A DNA stretch of 64,000 bases from Stegostoma tigrinum. Taxonomy: Eukaryota. Location of the stretch: contig NC_081401.1 in the NCBI RefSeq assembly GCF_030684315.1, positions 3,110,582 to 3,174,581 of the forward strand. Reading direction: 5' to 3'. Position numbers and translations under genes: made by a program. Of the stretch, positions 33,386 to 47,720 are shown in pieces (positions within the stretch are counted from its first letter, which is position 1; each line of letters opens with the position of its first letter). Below the pieces are notes generated by a model. That model saw only the letters and a program-made list of their open reading frames with translations. It had not been told where the DNA came from and did not search any database.

Positions 33386-36244
33386 GGCTTATGGAAGATT
33401 CAATGTTCTGCTTCTTCACCACCCTGTCTACCTGAGACTGTGCTTTCGAGTAATTGTGCATTACCACCCCTAGGTCTCTCCATGTTGTGCAACACTCTCC
33501 AGGATGGTACCATTTCCTCTACCATCCCTGCCCAGGCTTGCCCTACCAAAATGTGGCGCCTCACAGTTTTCGACATTGAACCCTGGTGCCATTAGTTAGC
33601 CCGTTCATCCATTTGATCAAGATCCCATTGTACTCTAACCCTGTGACATTGACTCTGTTGATGATGTTGTCACTCTGTCTCCATCGCAACAGTTTGCTCA
33701 AGCTGGCCTCACCATATCCGACAGCACTGAATCGAACATCACATAATTATTGACGGGCACCAACGTATGCTCCGTCTCCGTTTACACCAGATGGACAAGG
33801 CCCTCATGCAGTGCTGACGCCCCCCCACCCTCCTCTTATTCCCTCCCTTATCCCATCTGCAACCCCCTTCCTCCCCCTCTGCTCTACCCACCACTTCTGG
33901 TCTTGCCACTCGCCACCGCCCATCTTGCCAATCCTGCTCTCCCACCCACTTTGCCTTTTGGGCCTACCCCATTCCTCAGCTTGCATCACATTCTCCCTTC
34001 CCTTTCTTGGCTTGGCCCAATCACCCTTCCCTGTCCTAGCTGTCTTATTGGCCCTATTGGCCAATCACGTCAACAACCTCCTCTATTCCTGGGCTGCCTT
34101 TTGCCCACACCCCTCCCCCAACCTCATCAACCAGCCTGTCCAACCTCTCGCTCCCAATCCTCCTCTCATACTCCTTGTCCTGCTCCAACAGCTCAAATGG
34201 GATAATCAATATCTACCCACACCCCTGCAATATTCCTGACATCGACGTTATAATCAAACTTTTTTAAAAGAAATATGTAGAATCCTCAAGCTCTCTGATT
34301 TTCACAGTCAAAACTGAACGAACGGTGATTGCCGTAAATCAGAAACAAAAACAGAATTTGCTGGAATAGCTCTGCAGGTCTGGCAGCATCTGTGCAGAGA
34401 AATTGCACCCTTCCTGTTGTGGCACAGCGTTCTCGGTTGGTCTGCACCTAGCTGGTCAGGCCTCACTCTGTGGGTCTTGCCCACACACTGGCATTATCCT
34501 GCCCGCAGGGACAGATAGACTTGGTGAGTTACTGATAATCGCACTCACCCATGCTGTTGTCATGGTTTGTCTACATAGCTCCAGTGGTCATAGCAACCGT
34601 TCACCCTGTCCACCCTCCTCACCCAGCATGCCTTCCCGATAGACCAGCCCACCATAAGATTATCGCATCGCTGCAAGATACTCCCCCATTCTACTGTGCA
34701 CTTGCTGTCTATGCAGTGCCTCTATCCCAGTCTATTCGGTGTCTCTATCCCTGACTCCGTTGTCACTGTGATTCTCACTGTCTTACGTGCCGTGATTGTT
34801 TGTGCTTGAATATGTGTCAGTCTTCTCTCTTTGTGCCTGTCTTTTAGTCTCAGTTCCCCTCACTCCCTGCTCCTCTCTCTGCCTCACTTTTCCCCTTTGT
34901 GACTTGCACTGTCTGTATACCGGACTCCATCTCTCTCCCTCTCTCTGTTCCTTGCAGGGAAGCAGACAGGAACATGAAGCAGCTCACAGTGCCCCATGTA
35001 GACTAGGCTAAACCGTGATTCTTAAGAAATTGGTGAGTTACCAACTGCTTCCCACATTCCCCAATTCCCAGGAGCTTACGTTCAAGGTCCATTGTCAGGG
35101 AGAAATGCAACAAGGGTCGATGAGTGTGGTGACTAACTTTTCATTTCACATGTCCCTGTATCAAGCCCAAACAAATCCTACTGCCTTGCTGTCTCCCTGT
35201 AGTCCTTTATCAATCTCCAAACTAATCCCACTGCTTCATTCTCTCCACATAGCTCTGCTTCAATCCCCAAACTAATTCCTCTGTCCTGCTTTCCCCATAA
35301 CCCTGTATAAATCTCCAAATTAATCCCACTGCCCCGCTGTCTCCTCACAATCATGTATCAATTCACAAACCAATGCTGCAGCCCTGCTCTTCCCCTGTAG
35401 TCCCGTATCAACCCCCAAACAAATCCCACTGCCCTGTGCTGTCCCCATAGTCTTGTGTCAAACCCCAAACTAATTACAGTGCCCTGCTGTCTGCCCATTG
35501 CCCTCTATCATTTGCCAAAATGCAATCTCCTCTGTCTTGGCTCTCTGCTTTATTTTCTTCTCCCTTTTGCTCCCTCTTTCCTCATGCTTTGTTTTCTATC
35601 TTTCTCATTCTGTCCCGGGATGGCCTCTTTGCTCTGCCTGCAACCATCTCTCTCCTTTCCTCAATCCTGTCTGTCAGGCCTCTTCCCCTCTCGGCCCTCT
35701 TCCCTTATCTATCGCTTCTCTCTCTCTCAATCTCCCTCTTATCTATCACGGGACCCTCTACAGAAAGTGGCAGACTATGTGTCAGGTCAATTGGACGCTG
35801 ATCAAATTCTCCTTCTTCAGCAGGTCATGGAAGTCTCACGAGCGAAGACCACCTGAGAGCCAGAACATTGGTGTGGCAAACATTCTCGGTGAGACCCCAT
35901 GGTGGAGATGGGAGGGCTCGTGTGGTGTCTGACCTGAGGCTGCCCCTCGATTGAAGTGTTGAGGGACCCGCCCTCTCTCAAAGCAGCAGACAGCTGTGGA
36001 TCGTGCCCTTATCTTCGTTACCTGAGAGCCTCTGACCCCTCTGGCCCTGCTCCTGTACACATCGCCATCGGAATATCCCCTTTCCTGGATCGGCGGACGG
36101 GAGAGGGAACCATTGACAAGCCGACCTCATTGTTTCAGATACAGCTGTCGCGAAGGTATTCACCCACTGTATACTCCTTCACAGCAGGGCCACGCCTCGG
36201 TGTTTTTTTTATTTTTTTGAGAGTTTTGAAGAAGCAGCCAAAAA

Positions 36245-38760
36245 AGTTTAAGGATAGAGCAGTAGACTTTCTATCTCGCAGACTATGTACTTCGACTTCA
36301 GCAAAGCCTTTGACAAGATTCCGCATGGGAACATAATTAGCAAAGTTAGATCAGATGGAATTCAGGGAAGCTTGCCAATTGGAAACAAAATTAGCTTGAC
36401 AGTAGGAGACAGAGCATGATGGTGGAGGGTTGCTATTCAGACTGGAGTCCAGTTACCAACAGTACTTCACAGGGATCAATGCTGAGTCCACTTGAGTTTG
36501 TGATTTGTGTAAATGATTTAGATGCAAATGTCGAAGGCATGGTTAGTAAGTGTTGAGATGCCGTCAAAGTCGTAGAAAAGTGGACAGTGAATAATTGTTA
36601 TATGGGATTACAAAGAGATTTTGATCAATTGGGTCAATGAGCTGATGAGTGGCAGATGCAGTTTTAATTTTGATAAACGTGAGGGATTGTATATAACCAA
36701 ACAAAGACAGGACTTACGTAAGTAAAAGTAGGGCCTTGGGTAGCGTTTTAGAAACAAAATCTTGGGGTTCAGGTACTTTCAGGTTCTTTGAAATTTGTGT
36801 CACATGTAGACAGGATGTTAAGGTGTTTAGCACACTTGCCTTCATTACTCAGTGCTTTTAATGTAGATAAACGTGAAGTGCTACATTTTGGTCGGGCAAA
36901 TCATAGCAGGACTTAAGACACTCAGTGGTAAGGCCCTGGAGAGTGTTGTAGAACATAGAGACCTTGGAATCGCAGGTGCTTAGAGGAGTGAAGAAGACGT
37001 TTTGGTATGCTTGCCTTTATTGATCAATGCGTAGACTATAGCAATTGGGAAGTTATGTTGCTCCCATACAGGACTCTGGTTAGGCAACTATTGGAAAACT
37101 GTGTTTAATTCTGGTTGCCCTGCCATGGGAAGGATGTTGTGAAATTTGAAAGATGTGTTATAATTGTACCAACCTCCACCACTTCCTCTGCCAGTTCATT
37201 TCATATACTCACCACCCTCTGCATGAAAAAGAAGTTGCCCCTTGGTTCCCTCTTTCATCTTTCCTCTCCCACCTTAAACCGATGCCCTCTCGTTTTGGAC
37301 TCCCTCGCACTGGGGGAAATGACCTTGACCTTATCTATGCCCCTCCTGATTTTATATACATCTTTAAGGTCACTCCTCAGCCTCTGAAATTCCAGGGAGA
37401 GTAGCCCCAATCTGTTCCAGTAGCTCAAACACTCACATGGGGGAAAAGATACACTTACTTAAACAAGAATGCACATGGGCATAGGCACATTCACAGATAT
37501 TTTAAAATGTTATTTTGTCACTGTAATAGAAAACAGGACAGGGTCTGAGTTGAGAAAGTGCAGTAAGTGACTGTTTAGAGAGAAATCACATTCATCTCTA
37601 TTGGAACTGTGCAATAGATACCTTTCATTGGGGGCTGTAAATTGGATAGCAGCAATGTCTCAGAAGAGTCTTCATGAGCATTGGAACAACACCAGACTGC
37701 AGGTGGTCACCTGAAACAGGGTAAGGGGGAGATGTTGGTGGGGCACAGTTTGTCAAGAGTGTCATAGAGTCATACAGCGTGGAAACAGACTCTTCAATCC
37801 AACCATTCTTGCTAACCAAGTTTCCCAAACTAAACTATTCCCAATTGTCTCTGTTTGGTCCATATCCCTCTGAACATTTCCTGTTCATGTACCTGTCCAA
37901 CTTTCCTTTAAAAGTTGTAACTGTACCTACAACTACTACTACCTCTGGCAGATTATTCCATGTACGAACCACCTTCTGTTGGAAAAAGTTTCCCTCAAGT
38001 CTCTTTTAAATCTTTCTCCTCTCATCTTAAAATTTTGAACTCACGCACCTGAGGAAAAAGATCTTTGCTATTCATCTTATCTCGCCCCTTCATGATTTTA
38101 TTAATCTGTATATGATCATCCCTCTACCACCTACTGTCCAGTGGAAAAAAAAGACCCAGCCTATCCTTATAATTCAAAACCATCAGTCCCAGCAACATCC
38201 TGGTAAATCTATTCTGAATCGTCTCCAGTTTAATCACCTTCTTGCTCTGCAGGCTGACCAGACGCTAGACAATACTCCGAATGTGGCCTTACTGCCTTCC
38301 TGTACAACCTCAACATGATGTCCTAACTCCCATATTCAATGGATGGAGCAATAAAGGCAAGCATGCTAAACACTTTTGTAACCGTCCTGTCTACCTTTGA
38401 TGCAACTTCCAAAGAGCTGTGTATCTGAACCGCTGCATCTGCTGTTTAACAACATTACCCAAGGCCCTACTGTTAACTGCAGAAGTCCTGCTTATCTGTT
38501 GTCTGTTTTACCAAAATGCAATAGATTGTATTCACCCATATTAACCTCCATCTGCCCCTCATTAGTCCATTGGCCCAAGTGATCAGGAACCATTTGTAAT
38601 CTTCCTCACTGTCAACAGCACCACCAATTTTGGTGTCATCCACAAACTTTCTAAACATGCCTCCTAAATTCCCATCCAAATTGTTTCTGTAAATAACAAA
38701 CAAAAGTGAAGCCAGGTCTGATTCCTGCAGAACACTGATGGTCACGGGCTCCAATGATTG
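36245..38760. mobile_element. Cluster of CR1 LINE RT fragments (plus 36245-37150; minus 37150-37430 and 37760-38760)
   Basis: DFSKAFDKIPH, QGSML, KFVDDTKIGG motifs. Confidence 0.85.
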
Positions 38761-40329
38761 TGCTGAGAAAGTTTATAGTCTGGGGAATAAACAGACTTTC
38801 TACATCCCTGACTGAAGTGGTCCCAAAGGGTAATCTTTCTCTGCAGGATAAGAGGAATCCTATCCTGTAACATATGACCCATTTCTCCTAGAACAAATGC
38901 AGAAAATGTAACCTGACTTGGGAGGATTAACACTCATGCAAATGTGTTTCTCAAGTTAAGGTTAATTTTGAGTAGAGTTAGGAAGCAGACCTCAAAGTGA
39001 TGAGTACCTAGATGGATTTGTGATAGATTTCTGAGGAGTGCAGATTGCAAGAACACCAGAAATAGGGGCAGAATTGGTGAATAGAGCAGTGTGAAGGGTA
39101 TCAGCTCAGGTGAATGGAGAGGTGGGAAATATCCAGATTTAAGATGAAAAGCAGAATTAATAACATGGCAACTGATGGGTATCATGTCTCACCAGATTTT
39201 ACTGTGGAGCAGTAATTGACATTCATTGAATGGAATCCATTCAGTGCAGAAGAGGCCATTCAGCCCACTGACTTTGCACTGATCCTCCAAAGGGCATCCC
39301 ATCCAGATCCATCCAGTTCACATGAACCTGCATTTACCAAGATTAGTTTACCTGGATGACACATCCCAGGCCACTGTGGTCAATTTAGCATGGCCATTAC
39401 GCCTAAGCTGCACATCTTTGGACTGTAAGGAGGAAACCAGAGCACCCTGTCAGTTGGAAGGGAAATTGGAAAAATTGGAGATGATGTTCCATGGAGTTAG
39501 AGTCCCCATGCTCCTCCATTTGACCTTCTGTATTTTGTGAACACTTAGCTGTGAAACAAGGCTTATGTTAGAGTCAAGGACAGCACAGTGTGGGCCGTCT
39601 TGTTGCACACTGACAGTGTACCTACCCCTGGACCAGGAGGCCAAGGCGCAAGTCAAGCATGCTCCAGAGCTGTGCAATAACGTCAATGAAGAGATTGATT
39701 ACACAAATAGGTACTTTTTTTAAAAGTACAGCACAGTGATGACCTCTGTGCCACAGAGGTAGAGTCCCTACTCAGGCTTGGGTTCAAGCCCCACCTGCTC
39801 CAGAGGCATATAACAACATCTGTGTTAGTTAGCAAAATAGGCTAAATAAAATACAAAAATTGAGGCAGTTTTGTCCATCTTGCCTGCTGGCCATCAAGGT
39901 CCTGCCCCATTAATCCCATTCATAGCCTTTGGCATGTAGCCTTGTATGCTGTGGTATTTCAGATGTTCATGCAAATGCTCTGCCACTGTTCCACGCACAC
40001 GCACACACCAGAGCCGAACCACACAGAGAAGGCTCAGTCCATTCTGGACGATGTGTTGGGATGCGTCCGTGGTGGGGGAAGCCAACGCAGTCCCAGCTCC
40101 TGTTGCTCACTCCCTAGTGGATGATCGGGTTTCCAGAAATTGCCTCAGTTATGTGGTCGGGTGAATGTGGATTGGAGTGTACAACAGTCTGTGTGGTACT
40201 TTGATACATTACACCTCCGACCATGGGAGAGGCTTGCCAGCAGGCAGAGATAGAGAGTCAGGAAAGGAAAGCTGTGATATGACATGAGGGTGGTGCTCAG
40301 GGAACCAGTGGGCATGGAGGACTCTGTCC

Positions 40330-40625
40330 AAGACCCCAGACAGTCCTCTCAGATTGGCAGAGATTCACCTGCACTTCATCCAACTGGTCTATAGCATCCA
40401 TTGCTCTCGATGTGGTCTCCTCTATGCTGGGGAGACAAAATGCAGACTCAGGGATCAGTTCACAGAGTACCTGTGCTCCCCACATACCTATCAACACAAC
40501 CTTCCCGTTCCCCTGGGGACATGCCCAGCCTGGGCCACCTCCACTGTCAAAGTGAAGTGAAATGTAAACTGGAGGAACAACATCTTATATTTTGCCTCTA
40601 GAGCTTCAAACCCAATGGTCAATTC
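40330..40625 (+). mobile_element. Penelope GIY-YIG endonuclease fragment
   Basis: LVYSIHCSRCGLLYAGETKCRLRDQF ... KLEEQHLIFCL. Confidence 0.85.
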
Positions 40626-41399
40626 ATTGCGAATAGGGCACCAAGCGAAAGGAGCTCAGGCCTGGGTGGGCAGGTGATGGAAAGCTTGCCACCGCCAATC
40701 CATTGCGTTTTCCCTGATCGGCAAGCAGGATGGCCGTTGAAATGGTGCAGAGTGACAGACAGATAGCCCAGTAGCTGAGTTGGGCTACTTGTCATAGACA
40801 ATAGACAATAGGTGCTGGAATAGGCCATTCAGCCCTTCAAGCCAGCACCACCATTCACTATGATCATGGCTGATCTGGGTCAGTGGGCAATAATTGGAGG
40901 TTGTGATTCACATCCCCTTCAACCAGAGCAAGGACAGTGGGGATGGGAACTGAAATCCCGTATATGTACCGCATGGTCCTGATGTACCGTGAAACACCAT
41001 ACACGCCCGGCTGGTCCTGATACACTGGAAAATTGTGTACCTGATCATCAGGATTATGATATGCAGGGGCACTTGTACACGTCCAGCGGTGTCCCATTAT
41101 GCTGGGAGACCCTATGCACACCCTGCAGGATCTGATACAGCCCACTAATGGTAGCTCAGTAGCAATGTTAATTGGCTGATGAATTCCTGGAGTATGTGTA
41201 AGATGGATTTTTAGATCAGCGTGCTGAGGAAACAGCTTGGGGGTAGGCTATCCTAGATTTGGTTTTGCCCAGAGAAGGAGTTAATTAATTATCTTGTGGT
41301 GAAGAGTTACTTTCAGAAGACTGTGACATGATAGTGAAGTGAAGTAGTTTGATCCAAAACTCCTGCCCTACCACAAAACAGAAGAAAGTAAGAAGCAAT

Positions 41400-41700
41400 G
41401 AATCATAGAATCCTGCAGCGTAGAAGCAGGCTCTTTGGCCCAACAAGCCCACACCAACCCTCAGAGTATCCCACTCAGACCCATCCTCCTGTGTCCAACC
41501 TAATCTACACATCCCTGAACACAATGGGCAATTTAGCATAGCCAATCCGCCAAGCATACACATCTCTGCATTGTGGGTGGAAACCAGAGTACTCACGGGA
41601 CAAATATGAAAACTCCACATAGACAGTTGCCCAAGCTTGGAATTGAACCCAGGTCCCTGGCACAGTGAGACAGCAGTGCTAACCACTGAGCCACCATGCT
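41400..41700 (-). mobile_element. HE1-type SINE
   Basis: Same head and tail motifs. Confidence 0.85.
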
Positions 41701-42239
41701 ATGGGTTGGGTACAGAAGACAGGATAACTTCATCAAAAGACCTGACAGTAAAGTGGCAATGGTTAATATTAAAGCAACAAATAAATTGTTACATGACAAT
41801 TATGACACATTCTTTTGGGTTAAATAACTCCACTGGATAACTATCCTAACCATGGTTAACAAGAGAAATTAAGGCTAGCATTAGACCCAAAGGGGTGTCA
41901 TATAAAGTTCCTAGAATTAGTAGCAAACCTGAGGAATGGGAAATTTCAAAATCAGCAGAGAATGACCAATACATTGATTGAGAGGAAAAATAAAGTATGA
42001 GTGTAAACTTGCAAGGAGTGTAAAACTGAACTTGAGGAGCCTTTGTATGTATGTAAAAAGAAAATGATTCTTGAAGACAACTGTAGGCTGGGTACAATCT
42101 GAAATAGGAAAATTAATGATGGAGAGCAGGGAAATGGCAGAACAATTAAAACAACCACTCCTGTTCTATCTTCACAGAAGAAGAAACAAAAACAAAACTC
42201 CCATATCCACCAGAGAAGCAAGTTCCCAAACAGTTATTT

Positions 42240-42535
42240 CACAGAATCCCTACAGTGTGGAAACAGGCCCTTTGGCCCAAGTCAGTGCTGACCCTGGGAG
42301 CATCCCACCCAGACCCATTCCCCTATAACCCATCAAATCTACGCATCCCTGAACACTGCAGGCAGTTTAACATAGCCAATCCACCCAACCTGCACATCTT
42401 TGGACTGTGGGAGGAAACCCATGGAGATACAAGAAGAATGTGCAAACTCTGCACAGATAATCACCTGAGGGTGGACTTGAACCTGGGTCATTGGCACTGT
42501 AAGACAGTAGTGTTAACCACTGAGCCGCCATGCCA
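42240..42535 (-). mobile_element. HE1-type SINE
   Basis: Same head and tail motifs. Confidence 0.85.
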
Positions 42536-43100
42536 CGCTATTTGCTTTGAGCAAATGTAGTCGACAGTTATAATGTAGGTGTTGATGGGGATGAAGAGGA
42601 TATAAGGTTGGAGGTCGTGTTCAGGATCAAATGGGATACGGATGCGAAAAACATGTCCAGCACAGTCTGTTGTTCGACCCAATTCAGCTAATATCACAGA
42701 CAGATGTCTGAACATGATATGGCCTGCCCAAGACCGGACACACTAATGTTGGAACACCTCAGGTCATATATGGCATAATTGGCCTTTCAATGACAACCAT
42801 TCTGTAGTTTCACAAATCTGCAGGCAGTTTAATTCATTGGCTGTTTACAACTTAATCCAGTAATACTTTAATAGCTGGGTAACTTGAGGATTTTCGATGA
42901 CAGTATAGGCCGAAAGCATTAACAATTGAAGAGGAACTATCACCTCCATACAAATGACCATATTAAGTGAATGTATGAATTTCCAGATATAAGTTTTCTC
43001 CAGCAGTGTTAGCTTTCATCTGTAGTTTTGCATGACTAAGTTTTAAAATTAACGCATGGCTTCGTTTAAAGTGTGAATTCATTTCTGCAACATTTTTCAG

Positions 43101-44904
43101 AGTCCTGAAATGTTCTTGAGAAATTGTTATTGTCTCAATAAAGCTGACATTGAGAACCATGTTCTGATTGAAGGTGTTCACCAGAAACACAAGGAGATGC
43201 TCTGTGTCCAAACAAACACTGAGAGTGAACACTGTCCAAATAAAGGAGATGATTTCGCCACTGGTTGATCTAACGGTTACTTCTACTGTTCGAGGTCAGA
43301 AACTTGTAGAACATGAACTGGTGGCAAGAGGCCATGAGGAGTGGAGAGAGAAATGGTTCCAGAAAAGGCTGCAGAAGTCCAGATTGATCAATTGTTCTGC
43401 AGTAACTTTCACCAGTGACATGGTTCATTCTGGGAAATGAATAGATTCTTTTTGACAATCCAAATCTAGGAGTTCGGTATAATGGTAGGCGGAGTCCCGA
43501 AGATTGGTAAAACAACATTGGTACAAAAGAATGTTTATGACTGGACCATTGGGAAAATAAATCCTCACTTTCAATTTGATTTCCGTTTTAAATTCCACAA
43601 TTTGAATACTATTCAATGTGGATTAAACCTGCAGAATCTGACACTGGATCAGTATCCTTACTTTGGGAACGTTCTGGGAAAGCTGTGGAAGAACCCAGAG
43701 GGATTGCTGTTTGTATTCAATGGTTTAGATGAATTCAAGGACAGGATTGATTTTTCTGACAATCGGAGAAATGCAGAGCCTTGGTCCATTTGCACAGGTC
43801 CCTAATGCTGGTGTGACATGTCTGACATTGTGTAGTTTAATCCAGCACGTGCTGCTCCCAGGATGTTGAGTGCTAAGACCAGTCGCCCCCCACTACATTG
43901 CAATTATTGAAAACAGCTGATATGAGTGTCTGAGCTGCCATCCTGGAATTTCTTGCTGATGAATAGAAGGAAAAATTCAAGCACTTTTCTCGTGAAGATC
44001 AGATGGTGGCAGCAGCTATTTTCAAACAGTTGAAGGTCGACGAGATCCTGTACACACTGAGCTACAACCCTTCACGTTGCTGGACCCGGCGTCTGCAATT
44101 GGGTAGATTCTTCACACGGAGATTGGAAACAAGTAAATTCTGAAGAAATCATCTGACTGTATTCTTACTGTATTTACAATATTCTGAAACACCATGGCTG
44201 AGAGATTGAAAACCCCCATGATGTGGTCCTGAAGCTCACTGTGATGGCCTTCACTGAAGTCTCTGAGAAAATGATTTTACTGGCTTAGGTCCCCATTTCC
44301 AGAAATAAACTGCAGCCCTACTGTTCCTGTCAGGGTTCCTGATCAGCCTTTTGAAGAGAGATGACTCTGTCCATAAATGTGGGTTACCCATTCCTAAACC
44401 TCACCACGCAAGAGTTTGGAGCTGCCCTCACACAATTCCTGACTTTAGATCTCAGGGACATCCAGAAACTCGTCAATGAAGGTCGGATCAAAAGAGTTGG
44501 ACTATTTGAGCTATTTCTCTATTTTATCACTGGCCTCACTTCCCCACAGGCAGTTCTGACCCTAAAGGAGTACTTGGATACAATTCCTCATCAAACAACC
44601 TGGCGAGTGGTTGACTGGGTGAAAGAGAGAAAAATTTGGGATGCATAGTATGGACCTGGTAAGAGGAACATTGTGAGCCTCTGCACGACCTATGTGGGTC
44701 CCAAAATTAAACAGCGCCTCAGGCTTGGGATCTGTGCAAACATTTGCATCTAGTGATGTGAAACTAACGCAGTTTCTGTGTGCAATCATATCTCGTGCTT
44801 GGATTCTGTGAGACTTTAAAACAGCTCGATCTATTTGCCTGCCTCATTCAGTGTGAAGGGCTCCAGCAGCTGATATCTGTTCTGTATAAACGTCAGAAGC
44901 TGTG
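43101..44904 (+). pseudogene. NLR-family (NLRP/NLRC3-like) NACHT exon, pseudogenised
   Basis: tttttcag| acceptor and |gtgagt donor. Reads LTVTSTVRGQKLVEHELVARG, Walker A GVPKIGKTTLVQK..YDW, Walker B LLFVFNGLDEF, and YPFLNLTTQEF. Many stops and frameshifts. Confidence 0.9.
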
Positions 44905-45504
44905 GTGAGTTCATTGGTGCTGCAGCCAGTCCTATCATTGCTGAGAAGCCGTTTCCTCTGTTAGAAACTTCCTTCCCATTCAAGTGAAGAGGCACAGAGT
45001 CAGGGACACATTACAAAAATAGAGGTGTGTGTCTTGTATCACAGCATATATCGAGGTAGAGGTAACAAGGTGTACAGCAGGCCAAGCAGCATCAGAGGAA
45101 CAGGAAGGCTGACGTTTCGGGCCTGAACCCTTCTGCAACATCTGCAGTTCCTACTATCTATGTATCAAAGAAGTTGTTTTCATATTTGGTTAAATGTATT
45201 TAAGAGAAGGCTCGACAACAGCAATTTGCTTAAATATGAACATTTATTGATAAATAATAGAAGACAAGAAAAGAAAGGAACATTTATGAAATAACTATAA
45301 AGAATGAGTAAGAAGAACAATAAGCCTCATGCTCTTCTGGCCGTTGGGGACCTCTCGATCGATTGCTAGTCTGCAGATTGAGCTCATTCCTGGCAACGTT
45401 CGCGATCCAGGTCTGAGGTAAACTCCAATGACTTGGTACGAAACTGTATTGCTTAAACAGTGTAACAAACAGCAAGGCACAAGAATCAATTACAGAAGAG
45501 AAAA

Positions 45505-46562
45505 GAGATAACATAGTATGGAGCTGGAGGAGCACAGCAGGCCAGGCAGCATCAGAGGAGCAGTAAAATTGATGTTTCGAGTCGGAACCCAGGATAGGGG
45601 GAGGGGGAAGGGAGCTCAGAAATAAATAGAGGGGTGGGGCTAGGGAGGGTACAGGGGATGGTGATTGGTGAGTGCATCGGGGTTGGTCAATGAGATGGGA
45701 GGAGTGGATAGGTGGAAGAGAAGATGGACAAGTTGTGTCAGGTCAAGGAGGTGGGGATGAGAGGGAGAGCTGGTCATGGCATGAGGCCAGGGGTGGGAGA
45801 TTTTGAAACTGGTAAAATCCACATTTAGGCTTTTGGGCTGTATCCTCCCAAGGTGGAATACAAAGTGCTGCTCCTTGCAACGCTGGAGGAGGCCCATAAT
45901 GGACATGTCACCCAGGGAGTGGGCAGGGGAGTTGAAATGGTTCTCAAATGGAAAGTGTTATCACTTGTCATGAACAGATTGAGGGTAGTGTAGGGGTAGG
46001 CGTAGCATGTTCTGCAGTTGCAGGGAAAAGTGTGGAGGGGGAGTGGAGTGGTGGGCCTAGTGGGGAGCGTGGAGCAGACAAGGGAGTCGTGGAGAGAGTG
46101 GTCCCTACAAAAGGCAGATAGGAGTGAGGAGGGGAATATATCTTTGGTCATCGGGTCGGATTGTAGGTGTCGGAGATTTGTGAGGACAGGGGGATTCTGT
46201 CTTTGTTTTTGTTGCGGGGAGGGGGTGTGACGGCAGAGGTGCAGGAAATGTAAGAGATGTGGTTGAGAGCCTGTTCGACCACCGAAAGCGGGGAGTAGCG
46301 GTCCTTGAAATAAGACAACATCTCGGACTTTCGGGAGTGGAATGCCCCAACTTGGGAGCAGACGCGGCAGAGGCAGAGGAAAAGGGCGTAGGAGATCACA
46401 TTCTTGCAAGAAGGTGAGTGAGAGGAAGTGTAGTCTAGATAGCTGTGGGAGTTGGTGGGTTTGAAATAGATGTTGGTTTCGAGGTGCTCACCAGAGATGA
46501 AGTCAGAGAGGTCCAGGGAGGTATCGGAGGTGGCCCAGGTGAACTTGAGGTTGGGGTGAAAG
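45505..46562 (-). mobile_element. Penelope-like element remnant (RT C-terminus, GIY-YIG tail, terminal repeat)
   Basis: Reads ISYALFLCLCRVCS...KNKDRIPL, FPCNCRTC and KEQHFVFHLGRIQPKSLNVDF. Ends in the short hammerhead-family terminal repeat at 45505-45590. Confidence 0.85.
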
Positions 46563-47408
46563 GTGTTACTATTAAGTTCTTACTCTCTGCAGTTCGTACA
46601 ATCTCTACAGAAAATAAAACATCTGGCCAGTACAGAAAACAGCTACAGAGAAACAAGCTACAGGTGTCATCTTCAGCCCATAAAGGAATGTTCACAAGAC
46701 TGATTCATTGACATGCAGCTTGTCAGGTACATCATTAACATTCTTAGCCTACCTTCCCATCCTGTACAATCTATTTTCTCATGCAACTCTCGAATATCAG
46801 CATTACCTTTTAGCCCTTTGGCCCATCCTATAAGCGTGTAAGGTGTAAAATAAGAAGCTGCCTTTTTAACAAAGTAATTTAGTGGAAACTCAAAGACTTT
46901 GAACATCCAATGGAGAGGAAAAGAAACTGTGATCTTGTGGGAAAAACATGAGATTGACATTTTAAGTACATCAAACATTCATGCAGATAAAATTTATACT
47001 TTTTGAAACTCAAATAAATTACCAAATCAGCTGTGAACTGTACACAACACATACAGAAAATAAATCGCATATGTTGTGATAGAAAATCAAATGGTATGGA
47101 ACATCGTCTAACCTTGTTCTTTTCAACTACTTGAGCCTGTTCGGTCATTGAATGAGATTGTGGCAGATGTGTGGCCTAACTCCATATACCTGCCTTTCCC
47201 CTTATCCCTCAAATTTTTGTCAAACAAAGGTATTGTCTATCTCAGATTTAAAATTAACATTCACTCTAGCATCCACTGCCATTTATGAAGAGAGTTCCAA
47301 ATATCTACCAGCCTTTGTCTGTAGAAGCAGAATCTCTCCTGGATGGTTGGCCCTAATGTCTAGACTCCTAGTTCTAGAATCCTAAAACAGTATGAATCAT
47401 TTATCTTT

Positions 47409-47720
47409 GGGTGGCACGGTGGCTCAGTGGTTAGCACTGCAGCATCACAGCGCCAGGGACCCAGGTTCAATTCCAGCTTTGGGTAACTGTCTGTGTGGAG
47501 TTTGCACGTTCTCCCCGTGTCTGTGCAGGTTTCCTCTGGGTGGTCCGGTTTCCTCCCACAGTCCAAAGATGTGCATGCTAGGTGTATCAGCCATGTTAAA
47601 TTGCCCGTAGTGTTCAGGGGTGTGTGGGTTATAGGGGGATGGGTCTGGGTGGAATGCTTCAAGGGCAGTGTGGACTTGTTGGGCTAAAGGGCCTGTTTCC
47701 ACACTGTAGGGAATCTAATC
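47409..47720 (+). mobile_element. HE1-type tRNA-derived SINE
   Basis: A box tggctcagtggttagc, B box ggttcaattcc, gtggagtttgcacgttctccccgtgtctg core, CR1-like tail gggcctgtttccacactgtag(aatct)n. Confidence 0.9.

Noticed and set aside
33811-34239. P/L-rich ORFs and a compositionally similar reverse segment at 57.6-58.0 kb
   Set aside because: Only short shared words and no recognisable domain. Likely decayed retroelement sequence, unassignable by eye.
47409-47480. tRNA-like A/B boxes (also ~60480)
   Set aside because: These are SINE heads continuing into SINE core and tail, not tRNA genes.
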